Positions 63,006 through 64,000 of a DNA stretch of 64,000 nt are shown here, in pieces. The notes under the pieces were generated by a model, which had not been told where the DNA came from, ran no database searches, and saw only the letters and a list, made by a program, of their open reading frames with translations. Both the position numbers and the translations under genes were made by a program. Each line of letters begins with the position of its first letter. The stretch's first letter is position 1. Source of the stretch: an uncultured Candidatus Cloacimonadota bacterium. GTDB lineage: Bacteria; Cloacimonadota; Cloacimonadia; Cloacimonadales; Cloacimonadaceae. The stretch spans positions 18,822 to 82,821 of the forward strand of contig CAYSSP010000006.1 in the NCBI GenBank assembly GCA_964433815.1. Reading direction: 5' to 3'.

Positions 63006-63628
63006 TGTGCTGCTCCTATCAGTTTAAAAACGGCTGCAAGTATCTGCCGATGGAGAATATTGATATCCTCCAGTCCATTCAGGACAAGATATCGTGAGGC
63101 GTTATCTTTGGCAATAGATAAATACTGCTCTCTTACTTTTACATGAAAACTCAGGCTTTCCTGCTCCAATCTATCAAGCTCGCGATCCTGGATACGGGAT
63201 AGGCTCTGCTCTACCGGGAGATCAAGTAGGAATGTCCTGTCCGGATCAGTGGAATAGGTGGAGAATGCGGTTAAGATGCGGATAATCTCCTTGTCCAGGC
63301 TGCGGGCAGCACCTTGATAGGCATAGCTGCTATCGTAATAGCGATCGCAGATTACGTGGACACCGCTGGCAAGCGCCGGCAAGATCACTTCGGAAGTGTG
63401 TTGGGCCCTACTGGCGCAATAGAGCAGCAGTTCTGTTTCGGAGCTCATCTCTTTGTTTTGTGGATCCAGCAATAGCGCTCTGATACGCTCTGAAATCGGA
63501 GGACCACCCGGCTCACGGGTGAGTATGTATTTGATTCCCCGGGCTTTCAGGGCATCGGCCAGGAGGCGAATCTGGCTGCTTTTACCGCTGCCTTCGATGC
63601 CTTCAAAAGTGATGAATTTGCCTCTCAT
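63002..63628 (-). CDS. tmk: dTMP (thymidylate) kinase
   Basis: 'GKFITFEGIEGSGKSSQ...LTREPGG'. Confidence 0.9.
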   Translation of the reverse strand: MRGKFITFEGIEGSGKSSQIRLLADALKARGIKYILTREPGGPPISERIRALLLDPQNKEMSSETELLLYCASRAQHTSEVILPALASGVHVICDRYYDSSYAYQGAARSLDKEIIRILTAFSTYSTDPDRTFLLDLPVEQSLSRIQDRELDRLEQESLSFHVKVREQYLSIAKDNASRYLVLNGLEDINILHRQILAAVFKLIGAAQ

Positions 63629-63640
63629 CTGTCGTCCCCC

Positions 63641-64000
63641 TTAGATGATCGTATCAAGCTTGTATTTCAGGTCGTCCCGCTCGGGCGCATCGATAAGGAA
63701 GTGAGCGCCACGGCTTTCCTTGCGCATCAGAGCGCTGCGGATCACAGCCAGAGCGACCACCGCCATATTTCTGGTCTCGACGACTTCCTTGCGCACAGCA
63801 TTGTGCTGGTAGAAGTTATTAACTTCGTTATAGATATTCTCCAGACGGGAGAGAGCATATTTGAGGAGACGACGGCTGCGGCGAATGCCTACATAGCCGT
63901 GCATTATGGTGCCCAGAATCTCACGGTTGTGCGAAATGATCACCCACTCGTTTTCATTGAATTCCTCCAGCTGATGCCAGGGCGGAATGGGCGGAAAATC
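63641..64000 (-). CDS. nadB: L-aspartate oxidase, C-terminal part (5' end outside the window)
   Basis: 'VVETRNMAVVALAVIRSALMRKESRGAHFLIDAPERDD' matches the NadB / succinate-dehydrogenase-flavoprotein C-terminal helical domain. The frame is open to position 64000. Confidence 0.6.
   Translation of the reverse strand, partial: DFPPIPPWHQLEEFNENEWVIISHNREILGTIMHGYVGIRRSRRLLKYALSRLENIYNEVNNFYQHNAVRKEVVETRNMAVVALAVIRSALMRKESRGAHFLIDAPERDDLKYKLDTII

Overview
The window looks like chromosomal DNA from an FCB-group bacterium. This is an inference from several giant secreted proteins ending in the 'NYPNPF...' T9SS/FlgD-Ig-like sorting domain, which fits a Cloacimonadota- or Fibrobacterota-like proteolytic anaerobe. 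I can support about 52 protein-coding genes. I found no rRNA, tRNA or CRISPR array.

Gene content:
- 1-8 kb (minus strand): a tightly coupled mixed operon: Na+-decarboxylase beta subunit, cdd, radical SAM, amidase, DUF512, phnD, phnC.
- 8.4-14.6 kb: an envelope-glycan operon that ends in a beta-propeller T9SS cargo protein.
- 14.9-19.8 kb: a 1631-aa M6 (InhA-like) metalloprotease.
- 19.8-22 kb: a GntR/ABC/ABC-2 operon.
- 22.2-24.9 kb: a decayed prophage patch with a Mu-F-like fragment, an AT-rich T9SS cargo gene and a GH24 lysozyme.
- 25.3-28.6 kb: ettA and a fused double deoxynucleoside kinase.
- 28.7-30.3 kb: an AT-rich type II restriction-modification island.
- 32.7-39.0 kb: a 2098-aa protein that fuses a gingipain-type C25 peptidase to a Porphyromonas-type peptidylarginine deiminase (PPAD) domain. 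This is the most interesting object in the window.
- 39-64 kb: housekeeping and envelope genes: VOC protein, HerA-like ATPase, NhaP2, aqpZ, HlyD+GldA/F/G-like+DUF4340 operon, GNATs, rubrerythrin-like protein, SLT, folC, glgP, sugar dehydrogenase, nadB-tmk-S41 protease-response regulator operon.

The long intergenic spacers carry at least three families of dispersed repeats, each present twice. They are a 70-90 bp palindrome, a GGGACAGAT double-site element and a GC-rich perfect hairpin. One further spacer (915-1432) is dense in repeats.

Two genes look disrupted at their 5' ends. One has an in-frame TAA at codon 2, and the other has an A7-tract frameshift.

All calls come from reading the ORF translations and the DNA by eye. 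No database search was run.
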